A stretch of 64,000 bases of DNA from an uncultured Chloroflexia bacterium. Lineage in GTDB: Bacteria; Chloroflexota; Limnocylindria; QHBO01. The notes beneath the pieces were generated by a model. That model did not search any database. It saw nothing but the letters and a program-made list of their open reading frames with translations, and had not been told where the DNA came from. Made by a program: the position numbers and the translations under genes. The stretch's first letter is position 1, and the number at the start of each line of letters is the position of its first letter. This document shows, in pieces, positions 1-8,969 of this stretch. The stretch spans positions 5,339 to 69,338 of the forward strand of contig CAWBOA010000004.1 of the NCBI GenBank assembly GCA_963790255.1, in the 5' to 3' direction.

Positions 1-760
1 CAGGTTGATTCGCTCGATACGGTCGACGAATCCCTAAAGCCAGTTTATGTCGAGACAGACGGAAAGTTCACCCTCGACGCCGACAAATACGCAGAGTTCA
101 AGACCAGGGTCTAAAAACCAAAAACAAAGAGTTGCTAGGGAAGCTCAGCAAAGCCAGCGAGTCCGTAAACGGTTTGAAAAGTTCGCTGAGTTTGACGATT
201 CCGACCTCGATGAGTTCTTGGAATTGCGGGCGAACAAAGAAAACCCGCTGACAAGGGCAAGGATCCAGGCTGCACCGACGAACGCTCGCCCAGCTGGAAA
301 AGCTGCACAAAAAAGCTCTCGACAAGCTAACCGGCGAAAAGACAGCGACGGAAACCAGGGCCGCGGAACTTGAAAAGAAAACTAAGACATTACAAGTTGA
401 CGGTTCCCATTCGCGACGTCGCCCTAAAAGCCGGGGTCATTGCCGAAGACCTCGGAGTAGTTATGCTGGATACCGCGAAACGATTCGGCCTCAACGATCG
501 AAGGCAAGATCGTAGTGCTGGACGAAGACGGCGACCAGACGGCTATCACGCCGCAGAAGTTTTTTGAAACGCTCTACAAAGAGCAGCGACCAAAGTTTTA
601 CGCAGCCTCGGGCGCAGGCGGCAGCGGTGCTCCGGCAAATGTCGGCAGTGGCGCAACGGGCAAGACCATGAAGCGCGAAGCCTTTAACCAACTCGGTCCT
701 CAGCAGCAAAAAGCCTTCATTGCCAAGGTCAGCGCAGGCGAAGCAAAGTTAACAGATTAA
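1..760 (+). pseudogene. Phage capsid scaffolding protein (5' end outside window; several frameshifts)
   Basis: Frame 1 opens QVDSLDTVDESLKPVYVETDGKFTLDADKYAEFK. The rest reads only by hopping frames: NKELLGKLSKA / RFEKFAEFDDSDLDEFLELRANKENP / QLEKLHKKALDKLTGEKTATE / IRDVALKAGVIAEDLGVVMLDTAKRFGLND / KIVVLDEDGDQTAITPQKFFETLYKEQRPKFY...GEAKLTD*. Charged coiled-coil-like composition, directly 5' of the capsid gene. Confidence 0.6.
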
Positions 761-842
761 AAACGCTCAGGGCGTTACAGATTCTCACTCTCACTGATTA
801 GGTCAGGGGATACCTCACAACCCTTTAACAATCAGGAGAAAC

Positions 843-2010
843 ATGGCTAATACCCTCACCGATCTAGTCCCCACAATTTACGAAGCCCTCGATGAAGTCT
901 CGCGTGAGCGAGTCGGCTTCGTTTCAGCGGTTAGCCGCGATTCAAGCGCAGAGCGGGCCGCCCTCAATGAATCCATCAAAGTTCCTATTGTCCCTGCTAC
1001 CACAGCAGAGGCAGCCAACACCCCGGCAGTCACCGCTCCCGATACTGGCGATCAGACAGTCGGCAACGTCGAAATCTTGATCTCGAAGTCCTATCACATT
1101 CCCGTTCGCTGGAATGGCGAAGAGACAAAGGGCCTGAAGAACGCCGGCACCTACAGCTCGATCAACAAAGACCGCTTCAAACAGGCGTTCCGACGTCTTG
1201 GCAACCTGGTTGAGATTGATCTGGCTTCGACTTACAAGTACGCCTCGCGTGCAGTCGGCACGGCAGGCACAACACCTTTCGCCACGGCAGCGGTGTTAAC
1301 TGATTTCGCCGGCGCGTTGAAAATCCTTGAGGACAACGGCGCACCCTCGACAGAACTAAAACTCGTGATCTCCAATGCCGCGATGTTCAACCTGCGCGGC
1401 AAGCACACAGAGTTGTTCAAGGTCAACGAGGCAGGCACGGACGAGCTTCTTCGCGACGGCAAAGTTGCCCGTCTCATGGGATTCGATCTGCACCAGTCTG
1501 GTTTTGTTGCCACGCATACTTCGGGAACAACCACCGACGCCACGTTGGACACAACGAATCACGCAGTAGGCGCGACCTCGTTGACTCTCGCGAGTGCCGG
1601 TATCGGGATCGATTCTCGAAGGCGACATGGTCAACATTGCGGGCCAGAACAACGGCATCTTTTACGGTGTGCGAACTGGTGATGCTTCAGTTGCCGGCGG
1701 CGGCACAGTGGTTCTCAACGACGGTCTGACGATTGCACAAACCACTGATAATTCAGTCATTGCACCGACAGCCAACTACTCGGGGAACCTCGCGTTCCAC
1801 AAGTCGGCTATTCAGCTTGTGACCCGCGCTCCGGCCATGCCCGAGGGTGGAGATGCAGCAGTTGACGTGGAAATGGTTACGGATCCCGTGACCGGCATTA
1901 CTTACGAGATTGCGCTTTACAAGCAATATCGTCAGAACGTGCTCCATGTCTCACTGGCCTGGGGCTGGAAAGCAATCGCGCCGCGTCACATCGCGGTACT
2001 GTTCGGCTAA
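843..2010 (+). CDS. Phage major capsid protein, P22-coat-like family (one frameshift near 1600-1625)
   Basis: RBS caGGAGaaac before ATG 843. MANTLTDLVPTIYEALDEVSRERVGFVSAV... continues in ORF 1594..2010 (SILEGDMVNIAGQNNGIFYGV...YKQYRQNVLHVSLAWGWKAIAPRHIAVLFG*). About 388 aa combined. Sits between the scaffold and head accessory genes. Confidence 0.85.
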
Positions 2011-2077
2011 GTCGTTCTTGGACTAACGACGGGTGGAGGTCCATCCGTCACCTTTTCTTTCCAGATCGGAGAACCGT

Positions 2078-2455
2078 ATGAGCACCATCAAAATGTTTGG
2101 CCCATCCATCGACGGCTCGGGCAAGGTTGTTAATCGCGACATTGAAGAGTGTGACGAGCAAGCTTATGTAGCCGTGGGCTATCAGCGGGGAACCGTTGAT
2201 GAAAAGGCCGTCGCCGCAGAAGCAAAGGCTGAAGCGAAGGAAGAGGCCGCAGGCGAAGGCTGAAGCCAAGGAAGCAAAAGCCGAGGCCAAAGCAGAGGCC
2301 AAAGAAGCAAAAGATGAAGCCAAGGCTGAGGCAAAAGCCGAAGCTAAAGCACAAGAGCCCGTTGCTGAAAAAGTAAAAGCGCCGAAAGCCAAACCGGAAC
2401 CCAAAGCCAAGCCCGAAGCCAGGAAAAAGCTTCAAAGAAGAAGGCCAGTAAATGA
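2078..2455 (+). CDS. Small phage protein with Lys/Ala/Glu-rich repetitive C-terminal tail (2 frameshifts)
   Basis: RBS GGAGAAccgt before ATG 2078. MSTIKMFGPSIDGSGKVVNRDIEECDEQAYVAVGYQRGTVDEKAV, then (A/E)AKAEAKEAK repeats and KPEPKAKPEA, likely ending KKASKKKASK* with TGA 2453-2455 overlapping the next ATG (ATGA). Confidence 0.5.
2215..2425 (+). repeat. Imperfect tandem low-complexity coding repeat (EAKA/KAEA units)
   Basis: Visible run gaagcaaaggctgaagcgaaggaa...gccaaagcagaggccaaagaagcaaaagatgaagccaaggctgaggcaaaagccgaagctaaagca. It generates spurious antisense ORFs 2048..2410 and 2130..2552. Confidence 0.7.
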
Positions 2456-4101
2456 GATGGCGCAACAGAGAAACACCAACTTTTGCAGGTAGCGACGGCA
2501 CCAGGAACTCTGGGCCTGACATTGTTGAAACAATGGAATTGGTAGACCGCAATGAAAACGTCGTTGCGAGCTTCGGAAAATCAGTCAGTGACCACCTCTC
2601 CTTCGATATGGTGGGCGCAATCTCTCAATCAGGATTGATTGCCTACAAGTCTGCCGATTCCATTCGTGACGCCGATAACGCCACGAATCAAGTTGAGACA
2701 GCAACTATCGTTGGTACTGTTACTGCTCTCGCGGAAATCATCGTTACCGCAGTGGGATGTCCAACACTCCCAAGACTGTAACGTTTGCAGTTGCAGACGG
2801 CGACACGGCCAGCCAGATCGCGACCAAAGCTCGAGCGGCTTTGACTGCCGACGCTCGACGTGATTCGCCTTCTTCACAGTTTCAGGCGCGACGACCGCAG
2901 TCATTCTTACCGCCAGAACCAAAGCAGCGAATGACGGGACCATGAACATGGCCTCGGACAATGACACTTGCGGCGGTATTACTCCCGCAGCGAGTTCAGC
3001 CAATACGACCGCAGGCGTTGCCGCAGTGCTTCAGGTGGAAACCGCCGTAATTGTCGAAGACGTTGACGGCACGCTGACAGCGGGTGATGCCACAGTGACG
3101 GTAACGGCTGCCGGGATGACTAATTCGCCGAAGGCTGTAGTCGTAGCTCTGGCAACAAACGACACCCAGAATCAGGTAGCCACAAAGATCAGAGCAGCCC
3201 TGACCGCTGACGCTAACGTCGGACATGTGACTACTGGCTTTTTCACAGTTTCAGGCGCCACCAACGAAGTGATCCTAACGGCAAAGGTAGCGGCAGCGAA
3301 TGACGCGACGTTGAATATCGCAGTCGCGGATACGACATCATCCGGCCTCACGGACGACGCAACCTCAGATAACACAACTGCCGGTGTCCTCGGCATCCTT
3401 CAGGTGGAGACGGCCACGATTACCGGAACCGCAGTAGTGCAATGCGAAATCATTGTGACTGCGGCTGGCATGACCGGCACGCCGAAAACCATTCTGGTGA
3501 CAGTTGTAGACGGCGACACGGCCTCGACTGTAGGAGGGAAAGTCCGTACCGCATTAGGTTTGGATGCTGACGTTATCGCACTTCTGACAGTTGGCGGGTC
3601 CGCAGCAACAGTAACACTCACCGTAACCACCGACGCCGCTTACGATTCCACGTTGAATCTTGCCAGCGATAACGATACCTGCGGCGGACTCACTCCCGAC
3701 GCAACCTCAGACAACACCACCTCAATGGAAACCGACGAACATCTCTCGGTTGATGTTGTGGTTGGAACCTATCTGATTGAAGCGCAGGTTTCTTTGACCA
3801 CGATCGATGGTGGTTTCAAGTGCGACCTGGCAGGCGGAACGGCGACAGCCGGAAACGCTTTGCTTGAATATACGTTGATGGATTCCGATGGTGCTGGCTA
3901 TGACCTCGTTCGCACGGCCGCTTTAGCGACTGCGGGCGCAGTTGCAGGCAACGCCGACGATGACACTTACGTGCTGCAAATCAACGGTTCGGTGGAAGTC
4001 TCCGCAGCCGGAACGCTGGCGCTACGCTGGGGGCAACAGATTCCTCACGCATCCGACACAACAGTTTTCGCGGCGGTTGGCTGAAGCTAACCAAGGTCTA
4101 A
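2452..4101 (+). CDS. Large phage structural protein: three tandem ~115-125 aa repeats plus beta-rich C-terminal domain (fibre/decoration-like; >=3 frameshifts)
   Basis: Pieces are ORFs 2452..2781, 2757..2945 and 2942..4084. Each repeat reads QVETA(T/V)I..T......I(I/V)VTAAGM...PK......V.DGDTA..(V/I)A.K.R.AL..DA.V...FTVSG.......LT......D.T.N.ASDNDTCGG(I/L)TP.A.S.NTT. The tail likely ends ...TTVFRGGWLKLTKV* (TAA 4099-4101) after a late frameshift. Confidence 0.65.
2689..3735 (+). repeat. Three tandem coding repeats (~340-370 nt each) inside the structural protein
   Basis: Repeat starts are marked by caagttgagaca / caggtggaaacc / caggtggagacg (QVET) at ~2689, ~3031 and ~3400. The NDTCGG(I/L)TP motif recurs at ~2960 and ~3670, with SSGLTDDATSDNTT at ~3340. 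Confidence 0.75.
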
Positions 4102-4106
4102 TAACT

Positions 4107-4409
4107 ATGCCTGAAACAATCTATAGCGGCATCAGCCCTACCACCGCCTCACCAGCCACAGCCACACTTGCCAACGTCGCCTCTTCAGCAACGAACGTCA
4201 CCTTGAAAGCTGCCAACACATCACGCCGTGGACTAATCATCGTCAACGATGCAGACGTTGCGGTCTGTGTGAAGTTCGGGGCGACGGCTACCACGACCAG
4301 TTACACAGTCAAGATCGCGGCTGCCGGATATTTCGAAATGCCGAGTCCGATATACCAGGGGATAGTGGATGGCATCTGGGTATCTTCTCCGACCGGCGCG
4401 CGCGCGTAA
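4107..4409 (+). CDS. Small phage protein of unknown function (~100 aa)
   Basis: ATG 4107 within ORF 3942..4409: MPETIYSGISPTTASPATATLANVASSATNVTLKAANTSRRGLIIVNDADVAVCVKFGATATTTSYTVKIAAAGYFEMPSPIYQGIVDGIWVSS. The end may be RVTELS* (TAA 4421-4423) if a GC-run indel is corrected. Confidence 0.5.
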   Translation: MPETIYSGISPTTASPATATLANVASSATNVTLKAANTSRRGLIIVNDADVAVCVKFGATATTTSYTVKIAAAGYFEMPSPIYQGIVDGIWVSSPTGARA

Positions 4410-4425
4410 CAGAACTGAGTTAATT

Positions 4426-5132
4426 ATGCCTTTAGTGAATCCATCTTCCGGCGGCGGCGATCACCATCACTCCGCAACCCCAACCGGCGCGCAACGGAGT
4501 CAATGCCGCATATTGATTTTTACGAGCGCACGAACTTCGTGATCTATCAGGGCGTGATCAGGATCTTACCGACAACTACACGCTGTCGGATCTACGGTTA
4601 CAACTGTGTGCCGCCAGAGTCAGGAACGGTGAAAGGGGCAATGTCGGCGTAGAAGCAACTGCCGGCGGCTCAAATATATACAGCGACGGAGAATCTAACG
4701 GATGCTCAAATTAAACACTGCGCCAGTAGTGCCTATGCGATAGCGTCGCCCCTGGCGCGGGCGATATCTTTTGTCGGCGACGCTATGTTGATTTGTGACA
4801 CCAGCGAAAAGTGGCTAAACCGATGGTCGACGCGACCGCCTCGCTAGCAACTCAGACTGGTATCAATCGACATGTCAATCGCCTCGGCAAGCAAACGGTG
4901 AGGTTAGCGACCTTACTCAATTCGGGCGGTGTCCGATGGTACACTCGATACATTCCTGTGCGCTCTGGTGCACGCAGATAACTCCCCGCACGGTTTACAA
5001 CTTATCGTGCCGCAGAGTAATGACAAATGTTACTTGGCGGCACTCAGATCACAGGCAGAGTCGGCAAATTTTACAGGTGGCGCACCCGCAGCACAGCCTC
5101 AAGTGACTGCATTCCCGTCGCTCAAGACATAG
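4426..5132 (+). pseudogene. Degraded or heavily frameshifted phage gene(s); no intact ORF
   Basis: ATG 4426 (MPLVNPSSGGG...) stops after 38 codons. Fragments such as IDFYERTNFVIYQGVIRI, ENLTDAQIKHCASSAYAIASPLARAISFVGDAMLICDTSEKWLNRW and ORF 4929..5132 lie in different frames. No ORF of 60 aa or more lies between 4410 and 4928, in an otherwise tightly packed module. Confidence 0.3.
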
Positions 5133-5189
5133 CAATCATCGACTTTTAGGAGCTAATTACCAGGAGCGTAAGAAAGGCCAACCTCACCA

Positions 5190-5727
5190 TTGGCACTCGT
5201 CGCTACAGTTTCGGCGGGTCAACTCATAACTCCTACTGTACTCTTGGCAGACGCACGATCGTACTTCACCGACCGGCTGAACAGTGCGGTCAATGGAGAC
5301 TGGACTAACGATTCAGCCGGAGTAGCCCGAACAACCGCAGTCAAAGACGCGGCCTTAGTAACTGCCACTCGCAGAATCGATGAAGAGTCTTTTCTGGGTT
5401 TGAAAGCAGATTCGGATCAGGCTTTGAAGTGGCCGCGAGTACAGGTCAACGATGAAGACGGAATCCCTTTCGATTCCGACACCATTCCCGGAAAGAGTCA
5501 AACAGGCAACTTACCTCGCAGCCCTGGAACTCCTGAAAGCCGATTACCTCGCTGAAAGCTACATGAACAATTATTCCTTTATTTCCACCGGAACTTTTCA
5601 GTTCAAACAATTCACCCAACAGTCAGCAGGACGATTACCCGCTGAATGCATTCGCTTACTTCGTCTCGTGATGACCTCGGCCGGCGGAGGCCGAATTGTC
5701 CGAGCATATGAAAAAGGAAAAATATAA
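5190..5727 (+). CDS. Phage head-tail connector/adaptor (gp6-like, DnaT-like family; one frameshift ~5500)
   Basis: ORF 5190..5555 (...QALKWPRVQVNDEDGIPFDSDTIP) continues in ORF 5452..5727 (IPERVKQATYLAALELLKADYL...). The Q.L.WPR...D..G....IP..VK.A..E.A pattern is typical of this adaptor family. Alternative TTG start. Confidence 0.6.
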
Positions 5728-6123
5728 ATGGCAACACACACATGGACAAACTTTTCAACGCGGCAGCGATGCCTCGGCTACCACGACGGAAACCATCACC
5801 GCATCCGGCGAAGCAAACATCTCCGAGACTATCGGTGTTGACGCAGCCAACGTTCAGATCAGTCTGGCAATCGATATCTCGGTACTGAAGTCGATCTATC
5901 TGCTCTGCACCAAAGCCGCCAGATTTAGACAAACGCCGCTTCGGGTGGAGCTTTTGACCACACGATCATCCTGGCCGCCGGCGTGCCCTACAAGTGGACC
6001 TCAACCGGTCCAGATGCCAGTCCTTTCGCTGGTGACGCTACTGACGTGACCTCAATCTTCGTTACGGCTGCGGGCGCATCGGGAACCCTCACGATCAACG
6101 TTCTTCAGGATGCCACCCCGTAA
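5728..6123 (+). CDS. Small phage structural protein, unknown function (>=2 frameshifts)
   Basis: ATG 5728 follows TAA 5725-5727 directly. Readable pieces: GSDASATTTETITASGEANISETIGVDAANVQISLAIDISVLKSIYLLCTKAA and GGAFDHTIILAAGVPYKWTSTGPDASPFAGDATDVTSIFVTAAGASGTLTINVLQDATP* (TAA 6121-6123, overlapping the next ATG). Confidence 0.4.
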
Positions 6124-6539
6124 TGGCGACTCCTTTAGGAATTGCGTTGACCACGATCACAACGCAACTCAATCAGCTCATTGAAACGACCTTCCCGGAT
6201 GAGTGCTCAATCACTCGTCCGGCTCAATCCTCAACGGTGACGAGTTATGGCTCGATTGCTCCGAGCTATTCAACGATAGCTTCCTCGGTAGGATGCGCGT
6301 GGGCGCCTTCGGGAAAGACAGGCCTGGAATACATGAGGGCAGGCCAGACCAATGAGATTGTTCCTTACATGATTACTCTCCCTTCGGTGATAGGCGGTGT
6401 AGCCACTGACATTAAAGCCAAGGATCGGATCGTGGTGGTAGCCAGGGGATCGGAACCGGCCAGGACTTTTGAAGTGAAGGCGATCTTGAGAAATGCAGGT
6501 CTGCCTTTAGATGTTCTTTGTACGCTGGAAGAAGACTGA
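6123..6539 (+). CDS. Phage head-tail adaptor / head-closure protein (HK97 gp9 / SPP1 gp16-like)
   Basis: Intact 138-aa ORF with TAATG and TGATG overlaps to its neighbours. Its C-terminus KDRIVVVARGSEPARTFEVKAILRNAGLPLDVLCTLEED resembles the end of head-tail joining proteins. Sits between the gp6-like and gp10-like genes. Confidence 0.6.
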   Translation: MATPLGIALTTITTQLNQLIETTFPDECSITRPAQSSTVTSYGSIAPSYSTIASSVGCAWAPSGKTGLEYMRAGQTNEIVPYMITLPSVIGGVATDIKAKDRIVVVARGSEPARTFEVKAILRNAGLPLDVLCTLEED

Positions 6540-6867
6540 TGAGCGTAATAATTAAAAACGATTTGCCGAGGATTCAGTCACGACTTGAAAAAGCTTTGTC
6601 AGAAGTTGTTCGCAAGACTGCTTTCGGAATAGAGGGAAGAGCCAAGTCTTTATGCGCCTGTAGACACCGGCGTACTTCGCAACTCAATCCAGACAACGAT
6701 GGATGGGCCAATGAAGGCGACGAATCGGTACGCCGGTTGAATATGGAATTTTTCAAGAGCTAGGCACAAGGCACCAGAAAGGCACGCCGTTTCTTACCCC
6801 AGCCGCAGACGCAGAGAAGAAAGAGTTTGAGAAGAACATTCGCAATGTTGAGAGGTCTTTGAGATAG
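6539..6867 (+). CDS. HK97 gp10-family phage neck/tail-component protein (two frameshifts)
   Basis: MSVIIKNDLPRIQSRLEKALSEVVRKTAFGIEGRAKSL, then in a second frame APVDTGVLRNSIQTTMDGPMKAT, then in a third IGTPVEYGIFQELGTRHQKGTPFLTPAADAEKKEFEKNIRNVERSLR*. These are the family hallmarks (APVDTG.LRNSI, YG..(Q/V)E.GT, PFL.PA). Confidence 0.8.
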
Positions 6868-7260
6868 ATGGCCCACGAAGCCGCAGCAGCAGTGAAAGCA
6901 GTCAGAGCTCAACTCAGCGGCGATGCGACTCTGGTTACTCTGGTGGCTACCCGCATCTTTGCCGAATCAGCGCCACAGGACGCCACGCTTCCTTATGTAG
7001 TGATGAGACAAAGAAGCCCTGGCAGCGATTCACAGGTTATCAACCCTAAGCGGGTAATGACCGATCCGCTGATAGATGTTGGCATCTGGGTTGAGAACGA
7101 CCCTTACTCAGCCACAGCCCAATCGGGAGCCAAAACGGATTGATGTAGTGCTCGGGTCTTTAGGAGTTATTCAGTGACAGATGCGAATTCAGATGTTTAC
7201 GAAGTCTCCGCCAGACGAGAAGGCGGCGCATGGGTCAGAGAAGAAGCAGACTCGAAAGTC
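6868..7260 (+). pseudogene. DUF3168-like phage neck/tail-completion protein, frameshifted and cut by the composition junction
   Basis: MAHEAAAAVKAVRAQLSGDATLVTLVATRIFAESAPQDATLPYVVMRQRSPGSDS... matches the DUF3168 N-terminal pattern (L..d..l..lv..RI....pq....PyV). It continues in other frames (DVVLGSLGVIQ; DANSDVYEVSARRE), then loses sense as GC content jumps. Confidence 0.5.
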
Positions 7261-7270
7261 GGCGGCAGTG
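7205..7270. other. Abrupt composition and gene-content junction (phage module | GC-rich chromosome)
   Basis: To the left, codons use A/T freely and all genes are phage morphogenesis genes. To the right, third positions are almost all G/C. Both flanking ORFs are incomplete at the junction. Confidence 0.7.
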
Positions 7271-7718
7271 CCTCGGGAACGGCGAGTACTCCTTCGTCGC
7301 GAGCGGCGGATCAGGAAGCAGCATCGCCGCTGTCGTGAACGTGATCGGCGACACGACCGCGGCCGGCTACTCCGCGCGCACTCAGCCCGCGACGCGTCTG
7401 TTCCTCCCGAACGTGACCCGTCGTCTCGGCGGCGCGGACGGCTGGTCGACGCCGCTGGTGTTGCAGAGCATCACTGCCACGACCGTCAAGATCTCCTGGT
7501 ACCGCTTCGCCGACGGCTCGCTCGCCGTCGCGCAGGAGCTTCCAATCACGCCGAAGCAGGCGATCCGCATCGACCCGCGCGACGTCCTCGGACTCGCGGA
7601 CGAAACGCAGTACGCGGTCGTCGTCGACGCCGTCGGTGGGACTGCGACCGGCATCGTGGTCGAGCTCAACTTCCAGGGCGGCGATGGCGCGATGATTTAC
7701 GAAGGTTTCGCCCGGTAG
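7261..7718 (+). CDS. 3' fragment of a GC-rich hypothetical protein (beta-rich, secreted-type repeat domain)
   Basis: Tail of ORF 7230..7718: GEYSFVASGGSGSSIAAVVNVIGDTTAAGYSARTQPATRLFLPNVTRRLGGADGWSTPLVLQSITATTVKISWYRFADGSLAVAQELPITPKQAIRIDPRDV...ELNFQGGDGAMIYEGFAR*. No credible start codon or N-terminus. Confidence 0.4.
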
Positions 7719-7876
7719 CGACGGCCCGCTTCGCCGATCCTAAGTTCTTCTGGAAGATCCGGGACATCTTCGGAAACTCACCGCTCGTGCCGTCCCGTTC
7801 GCTATGGCCGTTCGTCCCGTACTCGCGTGAGCGTGACCTCGACAATGCGGGTGTTGCCTCGCTTGACGCCCTCCCT

Positions 7877-8907
7877 ATGGTTGCGCCGTGGGAGCGGGCT
7901 CTGGGTAGGCTCGGGTCTGCCGTTATCGGCGGATGCGTTGCCGAGGTCGGCCTCCTATTCATCGTGCTGGGACTCGTAGCCAGTCCCGGCGACATAGGCG
8001 GCGCATTGCGCGGTTGGCTCGCGGTGCTGTTGTTCTGGCCGTCGTGAGCTACGTCGCGTGGCTGGGCGGGAGTCCTCGCGCCGCCCTGGGCCGCTCGTTG
8101 CTTTTCGCTGGCATCTTCGGCCTAGTCGCTGTCCCTCTACTTGCCGTTCGCTACCCGGGAGATCGCCTCTTCGTCGTCGGTATCGCGGTGGCCGGGTCGA
8201 TCTCATTGATTCTCGCGTTCATCCTGCTTCGCCGACCCAGTTGGTACGGTCGCCTCGCAAGTTTTCTTGACCTCGCGCCAGAGCAGCGAGCGTCCCCACG
8301 GGCTAGACGCACTGGCCCGAATCGGTTAGGGCGGGGTTCTCATCCTGGTCGGATCACTGACCTATCTAACGCGACCACGGTCGACGACAGCGAAGCCGAC
8401 GTGCATCGAAAGCGGGCGGGCGCTGTCGTGGCCATTGCGGGATTGATCGCGGGTGTAGCCCTCGCTAGTGAACCGCGCAATATTCCGGTCCTTGTCGCGT
8501 CGGCCGTGGCCTTCCTCTATGGCTTGGGGCTGCTCCTGGGGGGTCGTGCAACGGCCGGTCGAATGTGGGGCGTTCTCGTGGCCGGCGGGATCGGCGGAGT
8601 TCTCGGTTTTCTCCCGCTCCTCGACCTGATCCGTAGTCGTGGCCGAAGCGACATCCTGGCGGAATACCTATCCATCGCCGGCAATGTCGGGCTATATGCC
8701 GCGGCATCGGGACTTCTCCTTGCTCTCATGTGGCCCGAGTGGTGGTGGCGCTGGGGTCTGATCCTGTCATGGGGATTCGTCGTAGCGAGCTTGCTGGCCG
8801 AAGGTCCCTTTCGCGCCGTGCCTCTTCTACTCGTGCCGATTCCCTGTCTCGCCGCGGCGGCTGGCGCAATGATCCGTCGCGTTGTGCCGATGCTCTCGAA
8901 CCGCTGA
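7877..8907 (+). CDS. Polytopic membrane protein, unknown function (one frameshift ~8035)
   Basis: ATG 7877 (MVAPWERALGRLGSAVIGGCVAEVGLLFIVLGLVASPGD...LAVLLFWPS) joins ORF 7933..8907 (VLAVVSYVAWLGG...). Eight or more hydrophobic helices with a charged central loop. Does not resemble an ABC-2 (Wzm) permease. Confidence 0.55.
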
Positions 8908-8969
8908 GCGCTGGCAAGGATGAGGCCGCCTCGGCTCCCAGGGCACGCGGTACGTAGCATGCCCAGCCA

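Noticed and set aside
1590-1630. Programmed ribosomal frameshift in the major capsid gene
   Set aside because: The shift falls in the middle of the coat-protein fold rather than at a C-terminal extension. No slippery heptamer is evident, and neighbouring genes carry many similar breaks, so an indel is far more likely.
2048-2552. Antisense ORFs 2048..2410 and 2130..2552, and the idea of a CRISPR-like array in the repeat at 2215-2425
   Set aside because: The periodic sequence is a coding Lys/Ala/Glu low-complexity repeat with no unique spacers. The antisense ORFs are by-products of it. The Pro/Thr repeat at 31.5 kb is likewise a linker.
7181-8047. 288-aa ORF spanning the phage/chromosome junction
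   Set aside because: The translation is an Arg-rich run (RRERRIRKQHRRCRERDRRHDRGR...) out of frame with the credible fragment 7261..7718. Only its last ~55 codons (from ATG 7877) look like a real membrane-protein N-terminus.
7877-8907. Membrane protein upstream of wzt as the missing Wzm ABC-2 permease
   Set aside because: It is too long. It has a large charged central loop and lacks the six-helix ABC-2 layout. It is also separated from wzt by an untranslated gap rather than being coupled.
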